From Candidatus Aenigmatarchaeota archaeon (GTDB lineage: Archaea; Aenigmatarchaeota; Aenigmatarchaeia; CG10238-14; SpSt-28), in assembly GCA_038733315.1 (NCBI GenBank), contig JAVYPJ010000001.1:146770-210769 (forward strand): DNA of 64,000 bases, read 5' to 3'. Under the pieces are notes generated by a model that saw only the letters and a list, made by a program, of their open reading frames with translations, had not been told where the DNA came from and did not search any database. The translations under genes were made by a program, and so were the position numbers. Of the stretch, positions 30,955 to 40,548 are shown piece by piece. How positions within the stretch are numbered: the stretch's first letter is position 1; each line of letters starts with the position of its first letter.

Positions 30955-31559
30955 TTATATATAGGGGAGCGGAAGCAGTTATTAGGAAAATTAATGAAAA
31001 TGAAATAATAAAAGAGAGAATAGAAAAAAAGTATAGAATAAAAGAACTTGATATTAAAATAAGAAAAGAAAGAAATAAAAGAGAAGCTAAAATATTAATA
31101 GAATGTAAAAGAATTGGTATAAATGTTCCTAGAGTTTTAGAAATAAATGACTTTTCTATGAAAATGGAATACATCAATGGAAAAAGATTAAAAGATGTTA
31201 TAAACAACAAAAATTATAAAGAATTTGCTACTGAAATAGGGAAAATTGTTTCAATACTACATTCGAATAATATAGTTCATAATGATTTAACTCTATCAAA
31301 TCTCCTACTCTATGATAATAAAATTTATCTAATCGATTTTGGTTTGTCATATAACACAAATAAGATAGAAAAAAAAGCTGAAGATATTTTAACTCTTTAT
31401 TATTCAGCAAAATTCATAATAGGAGAAAAATTTGAAGAATTTTTTAAAATGTTTGTTGATGTCTATACTAAAAACTATTCTGAAGGTGGTAAAGTTATAG
31501 AAAGGATGAAAAAAATACTATCAAGAGGTAGGTATTCTTTGAAAAACAATGGCAACTAA
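30951..31559 (+). CDS. bud32: KEOPS kinase Bud32
   Basis: [32 protein letters not shown]. Confidence 0.92.
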   Translation: MIIYRGAEAVIRKINENEIIKERIEKKYRIKELDIKIRKERNKREAKILIECKRIGINVPRVLEINDFSMKMEYINGKRLKDVINNKNYKEFATEIGKIVSILHSNNIVHNDLTLSNLLLYDNKIYLIDFGLSYNTNKIEKKAEDILTLYYSAKFIIGEKFEEFFKMFVDVYTKNYSEGGKVIERMKKILSRGRYSLKNNGN

Positions 31560-31821
31560 AAAAGATTTATTAAATTTTTTATTCAAAGAAAAACCTTTAA
31601 AAGTTCTTTTAGTACTATCAGATGGTCTTCCTAAAAATATAACACAAATCTACAAAAAAGTTAGAACAACATACTCACATACACTAAACATATTAAGTGT
31701 TATGTATGATTTGAACATAATAGAGTTTGAAAAAAGAGGTAGAGATAAAGTTGTGAGATTAACAAAAAAAGGTGAAAAGATTGTTGAAGCATTAAAATCC
31801 ATATTATCAGATTTTCTATGA
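31549..31821 (+). CDS. small winged-helix DNA-binding protein
   Basis: KPLKVLL...NITQI...TYSHT...KRGRDKVVRLTKKG. Confidence 0.85.
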   Translation: MATKKDLLNFLFKEKPLKVLLVLSDGLPKNITQIYKKVRTTYSHTLNILSVMYDLNIIEFEKRGRDKVVRLTKKGEKIVEALKSILSDFL

Positions 31822-31915
31822 ATTTTTAGATATTTTTTATGAATATTCTTACATTTTTTATGAATATTCGCAAAATTTTTATGAATTTTCAGAATTTTTT
31901 TATGAAAAATCAGAG
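31811..31915 (+). repeat. five tandem 21-bp iteron-like direct repeats
   Basis: Core TTTTTATGAA with ATGAA at 31818, 31839, 31860, 31881, 31902; consensus ATTTTTTATGAATWTTC. Confidence 0.9.
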
Positions 31916-32203
31916 AATTTTTGAAAAGTTTCGGAAGTTATTTTGTATAAATGTTTTATAAAATCGTAACTTTCTTATTTAAAACATTGAGATAAGAAAG
32001 TTAGAGTTTGTGTTTTATTGTTATGTGTCTATTTCATAAACATATAGTAACAACTCTTTTATAACATTGTTATAATAAAAATTAATAAAAATGTTTTTAT
32101 TATTAATGTGTTTATATAAAGAGTGTAAAAAATAATAAATATTACTCTTCATATAATTAAACGAACTTAAATAAGAATCTTCATAAAAAATATAATTTAT
32201 GAA
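31811..32203. other. candidate replication origin or regulatory region
   Basis: Longest non-coding gap seen in the window; iterons, inverted copies, palindromes and an AT-rich stretch, surrounded by replication genes. Confidence 0.5.
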
Positions 32204-32471
32204 AAGAGGAAGACCATCTAAAAGGTTTGAAATATATGAATTGATTAATGAGTATTTTAAAGAGAATCCTTATCCATCGAATGTTAATAAAATAGCTGAA
32301 TTTATATTTCAGAAAAGTAATAAAAAAATCAGTTGGAATACATTAAAAAAATATTTGGAAGAATTAGTAAAGATAGATAGAATTAAAAGAATAATACCAC
32401 CTCATTCGAAAGATAGTTCCAAAACCGGTATAACCCTATATTATTTAGAAGTAAAAAAAGAAAATGAATAG
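32199..32471 (+). CDS. small winged-helix protein with N-terminal KRGRP motif
   Basis: MKRGRPS, NVNKIAEFI...ISWNTLKKYLEEL, wing ending GITLYY. Confidence 0.8.
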   Translation: MKRGRPSKRFEIYELINEYFKENPYPSNVNKIAEFIFQKSNKKISWNTLKKYLEELVKIDRIKRIIPPHSKDSSKTGITLYYLEVKKENE

Positions 32472-33441
32472 ATCCTTAGAATTGATTAAAAAGGGATATT
32501 TAATTCAAGATAAAAATCTTTCAGATTTGTTATCAAAAATTAGTGACGAAGATTTTAAAAAAATATTAGATGTTTTACCAAAAACAACAGAACCAAAAGT
32601 TTTGAAAAAAGAAGATATTTTAAGATTGATGGGTAAGAATTATAACATAAAAATACTAACTCCAAAAGGTAAAGAAAAAATAACAATTACCGATGTTATT
32701 AACATAATGAAATCGAGATTCGACTTTTTTTTACCTATTTTAAAGAAAAAATTATCTTTCTTTAATTTATTATCAATTAATAAGATTTCAAAAAAATATA
32801 GAGTTTTTTCGATAATAGGAATTGTTTATAAAATTTACGATAATAAAATAACGTTAGAAGATATGACAGGAAAAGTAGAAGTTGTTGTTGAGGATAAAAA
32901 TCTACTAAAATACATCGAAGAAGACTGTGTAATTGGAGCTAAATGTTATTGGAATAATAATGTAATAATAGCTAATGAAATTATTTTCCCAGAATATGAG
33001 AATAACCAAGAAAAGGAGATAAACTTAGAGAAAATAAATATATTTTTCGAAAGTAGTAATTTTAAACTCGATGAAATTTTTGACATATCTATAGTTTTTT
33101 GTAATGAAGAGAATAAAATTTTAAATAATGTAGTCTATTTAAATAATAGAACTCCAATACATAGAATTCTTGTTAATGAATGTCTAATTCTTTTTATAAA
33201 CGAAAATTTTATAAAATTTGATTTTGAAAAGTTTTATAAACTCAGATTAATAAAGTCTAGTATTAATCAAACAATAAAATTTGGAGCGGATTTATTTCTA
33301 ATCCAAGAAAAACCTAACATTATATTTTTATATAACTCTAACTTAAATAAGATAGAAGAAAGAAATAAAATCGTTTTAATTAATATAAAGAACAACCAAT
33401 CAAAAATTTGTATTGATTTAAAAAATAGAGAGTTTTGTTGA
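32464..33441 (+). CDS. inactivated PolD small subunit (DP1) / polymerase B-subunit homolog
   Basis: SRFDFFLPILK, OB fold IIGIV...LEDMTG...DCVIG...IIFPE, C-terminal DLFLIQEKPNII; phosphoesterase SDxH/GD/GNH/HxH motifs absent. Confidence 0.75.
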   Translation: MNRSLELIKKGYLIQDKNLSDLLSKISDEDFKKILDVLPKTTEPKVLKKEDILRLMGKNYNIKILTPKGKEKITITDVINIMKSRFDFFLPILKKKLSFFNLLSINKISKKYRVFSIIGIVYKIYDNKITLEDMTGKVEVVVEDKNLLKYIEEDCVIGAKCYWNNNVIIANEIIFPEYENNQEKEINLEKINIFFESSNFKLDEIFDISIVFCNEENKILNNVVYLNNRTPIHRILVNECLILFINENFIKFDFEKFYKLRLIKSSINQTIKFGADLFLIQEKPNIIFLYNSNLNKIEERNKIVLINIKNNQSKICIDLKNREFC

Positions 33442-33508
33442 GTGTACCTATATTTATATCCTCATTTATAGAAAAACATATAACTATACTAAAATTAAAA
33501 TAAAATTC

Positions 33509-36226
33509 ATGAGCACTGAAAGATTTTTTTTAATAGACGTTGATTATGATGTTATCGACGATAAACCATTAATAAGGATTTATGGAAAAACAAAAGATAA
33601 TAAATCAATAACAGTTTTTTATAGAGATTTTTTTCCATATTTTTATGTTAAAACGAAAGATTTAGAAAAAACAATTGATTTTATAGATAAAAATTTTAAA
33701 AATTTAATTGTTAAAGTGGAAATAGTTAATAAATATTTACCTATAGGTTTTAAAAACAAAAAAGACGAACTTTTAAAAATATATTTAAAGCATCCGGCTA
33801 AGGTACCTATCGTTAGAGATCAGCTAATGAGCTTAGAATTTATAGAGGGAATTTTTGAAGCTGATATACTTTTTAAGTATAGGTTTATGGCAGATTTTGG
33901 TCTTTATGGTTGTAAGTGGTATGAAGCTGAAGGAGTTTATGTTAATAATACATCTACTGTTTTCACAGATTTAAAGTTCGAGGCGAAAATTTTTAAAGAA
34001 GTAGAAGATATAACTAATCCAAAATTTAAGATATTATCAATAGATATTGAAGTGGCTAATGACATCGGCATGCCAAACCCGAAAAACCATCCAATATCTA
34101 TAATTTCTTTAAGTTTTTTCCCAGAGTTTAAAGATAAGAAAAGTCTTGTTTTACTTTCCAAAAAAATTATAAATAAAGAAAATTTAGATATTTTGTGTTT
34201 CGAAAATGAAGAAGAAATGCTAAAAAAATTTGTGGATATTGTTAAGGAATATAATCCAGATTTTATTATAGGTTATAACATCAACAATTTTGATATACCT
34301 TATATAATCGAAAGATTAAAAATAAACAACATCAAACCATATCTTGGTAGAGTTAAAAAGAGTTGTAAAAGTATAAAACTTAATGAGGGAAAATATAAAA
34401 ACACAATTACTGGAAGAGTAATAGTAGATTTTTATGAGATATTTAAGGAATTTTCAAAAAAAGGAATGTTTAAAACAAAAAGATTGGGTTTAGGTGATGT
34501 CGCAAGTGCTTTAATTGGAAAAACGAAAGAGGATGTTGATCATAGTGAAATTAAAAAGCTTTGGGATGGGGATATTGATGATATTTTAAGATTAGTTAAG
34601 TATGCGAAAAAAGATGCTGAGCTTGTTTTAGAAATTATGTTAAGTAGAGATTTCCTCTCTCAATACATAGAAATTTCTAGATTGAGTGGTTTATTACTTC
34701 AAGATTCCTTAGCTGGCTCAGAATCTTCAAGAATAGAACAGTTTCTATTAATAGAATTTAATAAAAACGATTTTGTAATTCCGAATAAACCAACTAAAAA
34801 AGAGCTCAAAGAGAGGGAAAAAGAAAGGGTTAAGGGTGCTATTGTTTTAGAGCCAAAAACTGGCTTGCATGAATATGTTATTTATTTGGATTTTAAATCG
34901 CTATACCCAAGTTTAATAATTCAGTATAATATATGTCCAACAACATACGTTAGGAAAAAAGAGGAATTAGATGAAGAAATAGAATTAATTCAATCGCCAA
35001 TAAACACCTTTTTTGTTTCAAAAAATGTAAGGGAAGGAATTTTTCCAAGAGTTTTAAAAAGATTAATAGATGAAAGAGATATGATTAAAAAATTAATGAA
35101 AAACGAAAAGGATGAGGTTAGAAAAAAACTTTTAGATGCAAAACAATTAGCTCTAAAAAGTCTAGCAAATTCTTTTTATGGATATACAGGATATCTTAGG
35201 GCAAGATTTTTTATTGCTGATATTGCTAATACAATAACTGCTTATGGTAGATATTGGATAACTAATGTTAAAAAACTTATAGAAAGCGTTGGTTATGAGG
35301 TTGTTTATGGCGATACAGATTCAGTTATGATTAAGGTTAATGTGAATTCGATGGAAGAGGCATTTAAAAAAGGATTGGAAATAGAAAAATTTATCAATTC
35401 TAACACTCCTGAAAATATAAAAATGAAGTTAGAAGGTATAATGAAAAAGATATTATTAATAACAAAAAAGAAATATTTCGGATATTTGTTTGAGAGTAAT
35501 AATGACAGCGGAAAAATCCTTATGAAAGGTGTAGAAACAGTAAGAAGGGATTGGTGTGATTTGGTTTCTGAGACTTTGAGTAAAGTAATTGAAATACTTT
35601 TAATTACAGGTGATGAAAGGAAAGCTTTTGATTATGTTAGGGAAATATTTAGAAAGTTAAAAAATAATGAAATAGATCCACAAAAACTAGCTATAGTAAA
35701 ATCAATCTCAAGACCTATTGAAAAATATAAAGGGCAACAACCACACATAGAATTAATAAAGAAAATGAGAAAAAGAAATGAGCCTAATATACCTGGTGTT
35801 GGTGATAGGGTAAGTTATGTAATAGTTTCCGGGCCACAAAAAATTGTTGAAAGAGCAGAGAGTGTTGATTATGTTAAAAAACATAAAATACCAATAGATG
35901 CAGAATACTATATACATCATCAATTATTACCACCCTTAGAAAGAATTTTTGAAGTGATAGGTATATCTTCTTCACAGTTTATTACTGGAAGTAAACAGAT
36001 ATCTATTCTATCCATTATACAGAATGGAAATGGTAATGGAAAGAAAGATTATAGTGAAAAGATTCCAAATAATGAAATAAGAATCGAAGAGCTTGAAGGT
36101 TTTATATGTAACAGTTGTTCAACTATATACAGAAGAGTACCATTAAATGGTTTTTGTGAAATATGTAATGGTGAAATAGTATTTTATTCACAAACATTAA
36201 AAACAAAAATATTATCTATAACATAG
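33509..36226 (+). CDS. polB: family B DNA polymerase with C-terminal DP2-like zinc finger
   Basis: ExoI DIE, ExoII YNINNFD, DFKSLYPS, KSLANSFYG, YGDTDS; tail CNSCSTIYRRVPLNGFCEICNG. Confidence 0.96.
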   Translation: MSTERFFLIDVDYDVIDDKPLIRIYGKTKDNKSITVFYRDFFPYFYVKTKDLEKTIDFIDKNFKNLIVKVEIVNKYLPIGFKNKKDELLKIYLKHPAKVPIVRDQLMSLEFIEGIFEADILFKYRFMADFGLYGCKWYEAEGVYVNNTSTVFTDLKFEAKIFKEVEDITNPKFKILSIDIEVANDIGMPNPKNHPISIISLSFFPEFKDKKSLVLLSKKIINKENLDILCFENEEEMLKKFVDIVKEYNPDFIIGYNINNFDIPYIIERLKINNIKPYLGRVKKSCKSIKLNEGKYKNTITGRVIVDFYEIFKEFSKKGMFKTKRLGLGDVASALIGKTKEDVDHSEIKKLWDGDIDDILRLVKYAKKDAELVLEIMLSRDFLSQYIEISRLSGLLLQDSLAGSESSRIEQFLLIEFNKNDFVIPNKPTKKELKEREKERVKGAIVLEPKTGLHEYVIYLDFKSLYPSLIIQYNICPTTYVRKKEELDEEIELIQSPINTFFVSKNVREGIFPRVLKRLIDERDMIKKLMKNEKDEVRKKLLDAKQLALKSLANSFYGYTGYLRARFFIADIANTITAYGRYWITNVKKLIESVGYEVVYGDTDSVMIKVNVNSMEEAFKKGLEIEKFINSNTPENIKMKLEGIMKKILLITKKKYFGYLFESNNDSGKILMKGVETVRRDWCDLVSETLSKVIEILLITGDERKAFDYVREIFRKLKNNEIDPQKLAIVKSISRPIEKYKGQQPHIELIKKMRKRNEPNIPGVGDRVSYVIVSGPQKIVERAESVDYVKKHKIPIDAEYYIHHQLLPPLERIFEVIGISSSQFITGSKQISILSIIQNGNGNGKKDYSEKIPNNEIRIEELEGFICNSCSTIYRRVPLNGFCEICNGEIVFYSQTLKTKILSIT

Positions 36227-36236
36227 AATTTTTGTT

Positions 36237-36788
36237 ATGAATATATCAAGTATAGTAAACATTTTGGATAAATCTGTGTTTACTTTTTTGTCTATTATAG
36301 ACTTTTCTCAAATTTACCTAATTTCTTTTTTTACTTACTATTTTTTTTACCTCTTTTTTTTATTGTTTTTTATATACCTATATTTTTTTGAGAGAAATAA
36401 CAAAATAGTAAAAACCTTAGTTATTTTATCTTTGATTGGTTTTTGTTTTGTTTATGGTTTCAAATATTTTTTTAAAAAAGAGAGGCCTGTTGGAATTGTT
36501 GAAAAGTTAGATTATTCCTTTCCGTCTTCTCATGCTTATTTTGCAACCCTGGTTTTAATAGTTTCATATCTCTATGTTAGAAACTATTTTCTAAAATCTT
36601 TTTTTATAGTTCTTTCATTGTTCTTATTCTTTTCTATTTTAGTTTTAAAAATTCATTATTTTTCTGATGTAATATTTTCTACATTTCTTGCTTGTTTATT
36701 CTTTTATATATTTAATAATAAGAGAGATATTTTACAAAAAATCGTAGAAAAAGTGAGAAGAGTATCGAAAAAGATATTAGAACATTAA
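36237..36788 (+). CDS. PAP2 family lipid-pyrophosphate phosphatase
   Basis: KxxxxxxRP, SFPSSHA, HYFSDV; multi-TM. Confidence 0.85.
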   Translation: MNISSIVNILDKSVFTFLSIIDFSQIYLISFFTYYFFYLFFLLFFIYLYFFERNNKIVKTLVILSLIGFCFVYGFKYFFKKERPVGIVEKLDYSFPSSHAYFATLVLIVSYLYVRNYFLKSFFIVLSLFLFFSILVLKIHYFSDVIFSTFLACLFFYIFNNKRDILQKIVEKVRRVSKKILEH

Positions 36789-38142
36789 AGAAAAAGAATG
36801 AAAGTGAAAACAAAACAAATATAGATAATATTAAGAAATTATATTTTTTAAATTCTCTACTAAAAACTTCTATTAACATTAAACTTATAAGAGTTAGTGA
36901 AAATGTAAAAATGGATATAAAAACTTTACCATAAAATAAATAAGTCAGAAATATTGTAGAAAAAATAAATAAAAATAACAATTCATAATTCATTTTTTTA
37001 AACTTTATAGAATGAATCGTAAAAAGTACAAAAACAAGAAAAGAAAAAAATGGTATGAAAATTAACGAAGAAATTATTAAGGGTATGTATAATAGAATTT
37101 CAAGATTTTTTATTCTAAATATTAGATAAATTGTTAGAAGAGTAAGTATAGCTAATAAAATTTTTTCTGGTGTAAATATGTTGAAGTTTTCTTCTATGCT
37201 AAAATCTTCCTTATCTATCAAATTGGAAACTATGACATTTTTTATATTTTCACCATGCTTATTATCTTCAAAAAATATTGAGATATAATGAGTATAATTT
37301 TTATATGGTAGAAAAGACTCAAAAATTTTCATGTTTTTATATTCTATAACAAGTTTAGCGTCGTAGTACTTTTCTAATTGAATTAATTTTAGCGGAATAT
37401 TTTCAATGTTTTTAATTAAGTTTTTGTATGCGGAATCATCTATTTTTATAGTTAGATTTACAAAATAATTTCCTGATTTTTGAATACTTATATCTTTAAT
37501 ATTACTCTGATTAAATAAATAGATTTTAACTGTTACATTGTTTTCAGAAATATAAACTTTATCATATAACTCATATAATTTTTCTATAGGAACTTCTTCG
37601 TTTAATATCTTAACTGTATTATTCTCTTCTATTTTAAATTCTCTTTCTATATAAAAATGCAAATTTTTTTCTGAAGATAATATATTCAAAAGATTATAAT
37701 CTTTTGGTAATATGATTTTGTTGTTATCTAATATAAAATTTTTATAGCCTAACATCTCAATTAATTTTTTATTCTTTTCTGCATTCTTTATAACTATTCT
37801 CTCTAAGTTCGTTGGTTTGAAAAATAGTTTATACTCTTTTTCTTCAACCTCAAAAACATAGTTTTCAAGAGCCTTACATCTAACTATCTTATTATTTGAT
37901 AATATAAAAATAGTTTGATTTGGAGTTATTTGTTTTTTTATTTCTTCAAAGTTTTCTATCGATTTTATATCTCTATCATTAATTCCATTAAGCTCATCAC
38001 CAATTCTTATAAATTCTTCACACTCAAAATTTTCAAAGTTTTTTATTACTATACTTTTTTTGTCAGGTATTAGAAAAAGTATTAGTAGAAGTATTAATGG
38101 CAATACTATTAAAACTATTTTTGGTAAAATATTTTCTTTCAT
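36712..38142 (-). CDS. membrane protein, possibly a degenerate SecD-like protein with PDZ-like N-terminus
   Basis: N-terminal TM, IRIGDELNGIND PDZ-like segment, large soluble domain, about 5 C-terminal TMs; identity uncertain. Confidence 0.4.
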   Translation of the reverse strand: MKENILPKIVLIVLPLILLLILFLIPDKKSIVIKNFENFECEEFIRIGDELNGINDRDIKSIENFEEIKKQITPNQTIFILSNNKIVRCKALENYVFEVEEKEYKLFFKPTNLERIVIKNAEKNKKLIEMLGYKNFILDNNKIILPKDYNLLNILSSEKNLHFYIEREFKIEENNTVKILNEEVPIEKLYELYDKVYISENNVTVKIYLFNQSNIKDISIQKSGNYFVNLTIKIDDSAYKNLIKNIENIPLKLIQLEKYYDAKLVIEYKNMKIFESFLPYKNYTHYISIFFEDNKHGENIKNVIVSNLIDKEDFSIEENFNIFTPEKILLAILTLLTIYLIFRIKNLEILLYIPLIISSLIFIPFFSFLVFVLFTIHSIKFKKMNYELLFLFIFSTIFLTYLFYGKVFISIFTFSLTLISLMLIEVFSREFKKYNFLILSIFVLFSLSFFFFNVLISFSILFSLFLRFFVKYLSYY

Positions 38143-38145
38143 AAT

Positions 38146-40512
38146 TTATGAGAACAAAACTTCATAAATCTTAACTTCGTAGTTGCTAAAAACTAACTTA
38201 AACTTTTCTAAACCTAAGCCATTTAAGAAATACATTTTTGTAAATAGAGAATCTTTTATTTCATCATCAGCAATATAAAGATATCGTAGTGTGGGATCTA
38301 TTATTACCATATAATTTCTATCCCATTTTCTTCCAAAAGCTTCTTGATCTATTATTATTGGTTGATCTTGAGAGTAATATACAAGATACCTTATTCTCTC
38401 TTTATTCATGAGATAGGCGGTAAGAATAGATTGATTATTAAACGTTTCCGGCCTTATAGTAACATCTATATCTTTTATTTCCTCACCTATCATTACTTTA
38501 GATGTATAAACTAAATAATTTTTTTCTATATCAGATTTCCTAGTGTTTAAAATAAATATTGAGTACATTTTACCTTCTGCATAGTTGTTTTTGTAGAAAA
38601 AGTTTTCAATACCACTTTTTGTATAGCATACAGAATTATCTGGATAATATTTTCTTAGGCAAGAAGAAAAATAATATGGCCAATAGAATTTAAATATAAG
38701 ATCGTTACTAGCTATAAAATATATTTTTTTAATAGTTATGTTACATATTTCTTCTCTAAACAAGGTCGGATAAACTTCTTTAACTTTTTTACAATCCTCT
38801 TCAGATAACTTAGTATATTTCTTAAGAATTTCATACGCTTCAGTTTCGTTTTGAGTTGTCAATATTCTACCCATATCTTGAATTCTAATGTTATGGTCGA
38901 ATGGAATACAACCAAAATTTTCTGTTTTACCACAATGCATACCATCTGCATGAACTCTTACACCAGCATATCCTGCTAATATTACTCCAGGATCCCACCA
39001 GGTAGCTACTAAGGTATACTTATCGGAATTTTCTTTTAAGAAGTTTAGTGCATCTAACCAATCTTTACTTACTTCATAACTTCCTTTTAATCTACTTGCA
39101 GTGAATGTTGCGACATCTAAATATAAAAACAAAAATACAAGGATTAAAGAAAAGAAAAATATTTTAAATAAATTTTTCGCTTCATCACTTCTTATTCTCT
39201 CTATTAGAAAATTGTATGAGAATATCAAGACATATGACGAAACTACTACAAGACATGATGTGAATTGCAATATAAATCTTACTCCCTGGGAAATATAGAA
39301 GAGGCAAATTAAAAACCAAGATAATAAAAACAAATCAATCCAATTTATATTCTTTTTGAAAAATTTATATAATAAAATAGGGAAGTACATTATCGATAAA
39401 GCAAATAGTATAGCACCAACCGGCCAGCCACCTATTCTTGATGTAATTGTTTCTATACCTTCTTTACTGAATAGATTAAATTTCTGCAATTCCGCTACTG
39501 ATTTATTTACTAACATAGCACTTTCTAAACCTTTTTGAAATAGTAAAGATAACATCCAAATAGACATGTCTATTGGTTTTGGAAATAGGTTATTAGCGTT
39601 AAATATTTTTTCTAAGAGAATTAAAGAAAGTTGCGTAACTATTATTAGTAGAAAAACTAGAATAAAGATGTTTAAAGAGCTTAGTAACGAAGAGAAAAAG
39701 GAGTTGAGATATTTTTCTGAGTTGGCTCTTTCATAAGAAAAAACTTTTGTTACAAAGTTTGTAATGAAATGAATCAATATAAACAAGAAAATGAATGGTA
39801 AAAAATAGAAAGCTGCTATCCAATTCCATGCAAATAGTATATAAACAATTGTTGTAACGATAAAATATGGTAATATTTTTATGATTTTGTTAAGATTTTT
39901 AAGAAATATAAAATTTATTTCATAATCAAAGAACTTTTTAAACAAAACTATTGTTGATAGAATTGTTAGGTGTGTAAAAAGTACATAAACAACATCCAAA
40001 TCTACATATCCAGCCATAGAAGTTGTAATAAAAGCTGGAGATAGCACAAGTAGGAAAGAGCCGAAGAGCGCAGCTATATTACTTTTAGTTATATATCTTA
40101 TTAAAAAGAAACAAGGAATGGCTGTTATTGCTGCATATACAGCTACAAAATAAACACTAAATTTTTCTAAGGATAATTTCACAAAATCTCTGAGTAAAAT
40201 ATAACTAATTGCTAAAGTGTAGCTATATCCCCAATAAAAAGCTGGTCTCCCTGGTGGAAAATGGCTGAGTTCATCCCAATCCGCTAAAACGAACCTTTTT
40301 TCTTTATCCCATCTTTCTACTATTTCCTTAGCATATCTGAACCACCACCATGGGTCATAATCGGAAGGCATTTCTAGATAAGATGTAAACGACCTTACAA
40401 CATAGGCAAAAATCATTATTAAAATCAATGAGATTAATACGAGAATGTTTTGTATATTAATTTTTTTTGTTACAACTTCTCTTAATTTTTCCGTTTTTTT
40501 AGATTTCTTCAT
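38146..40512 (-). CDS. aglB: oligosaccharyltransferase AglB (STT3)
   Basis: DYDPWW, GYVDLD, SVAEL, WWDPG (WWDYG variant), many TMs. Confidence 0.92.
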   Translation of the reverse strand: MKKSKKTEKLREVVTKKINIQNILVLISLILIMIFAYVVRSFTSYLEMPSDYDPWWWFRYAKEIVERWDKEKRFVLADWDELSHFPPGRPAFYWGYSYTLAISYILLRDFVKLSLEKFSVYFVAVYAAITAIPCFFLIRYITKSNIAALFGSFLLVLSPAFITTSMAGYVDLDVVYVLFTHLTILSTIVLFKKFFDYEINFIFLKNLNKIIKILPYFIVTTIVYILFAWNWIAAFYFLPFIFLFILIHFITNFVTKVFSYERANSEKYLNSFFSSLLSSLNIFILVFLLIIVTQLSLILLEKIFNANNLFPKPIDMSIWMLSLLFQKGLESAMLVNKSVAELQKFNLFSKEGIETITSRIGGWPVGAILFALSIMYFPILLYKFFKKNINWIDLFLLSWFLICLFYISQGVRFILQFTSCLVVVSSYVLIFSYNFLIERIRSDEAKNLFKIFFFSLILVFLFLYLDVATFTASRLKGSYEVSKDWLDALNFLKENSDKYTLVATWWDPGVILAGYAGVRVHADGMHCGKTENFGCIPFDHNIRIQDMGRILTTQNETEAYEILKKYTKLSEEDCKKVKEVYPTLFREEICNITIKKIYFIASNDLIFKFYWPYYFSSCLRKYYPDNSVCYTKSGIENFFYKNNYAEGKMYSIFILNTRKSDIEKNYLVYTSKVMIGEEIKDIDVTIRPETFNNQSILTAYLMNKERIRYLVYYSQDQPIIIDQEAFGRKWDRNYMVIIDPTLRYLYIADDEIKDSLFTKMYFLNGLGLEKFKLVFSNYEVKIYEVLFS

Positions 40513-40548
40513 AAATTCTTTTTAATTCTTTTTTAAACTTATTAATTA

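Noticed and set aside
31811..31915. Repeat array as a CRISPR
   Set aside because: Units are contiguous 21-mers with only a few variable bases and no unique 30-40 nt spacers.
33509..36226. Inteins in PolB (also checked RadA)
   Set aside because: Motif spacing is normal with no large insertions; the extra length is the C-terminal zinc-finger tail.
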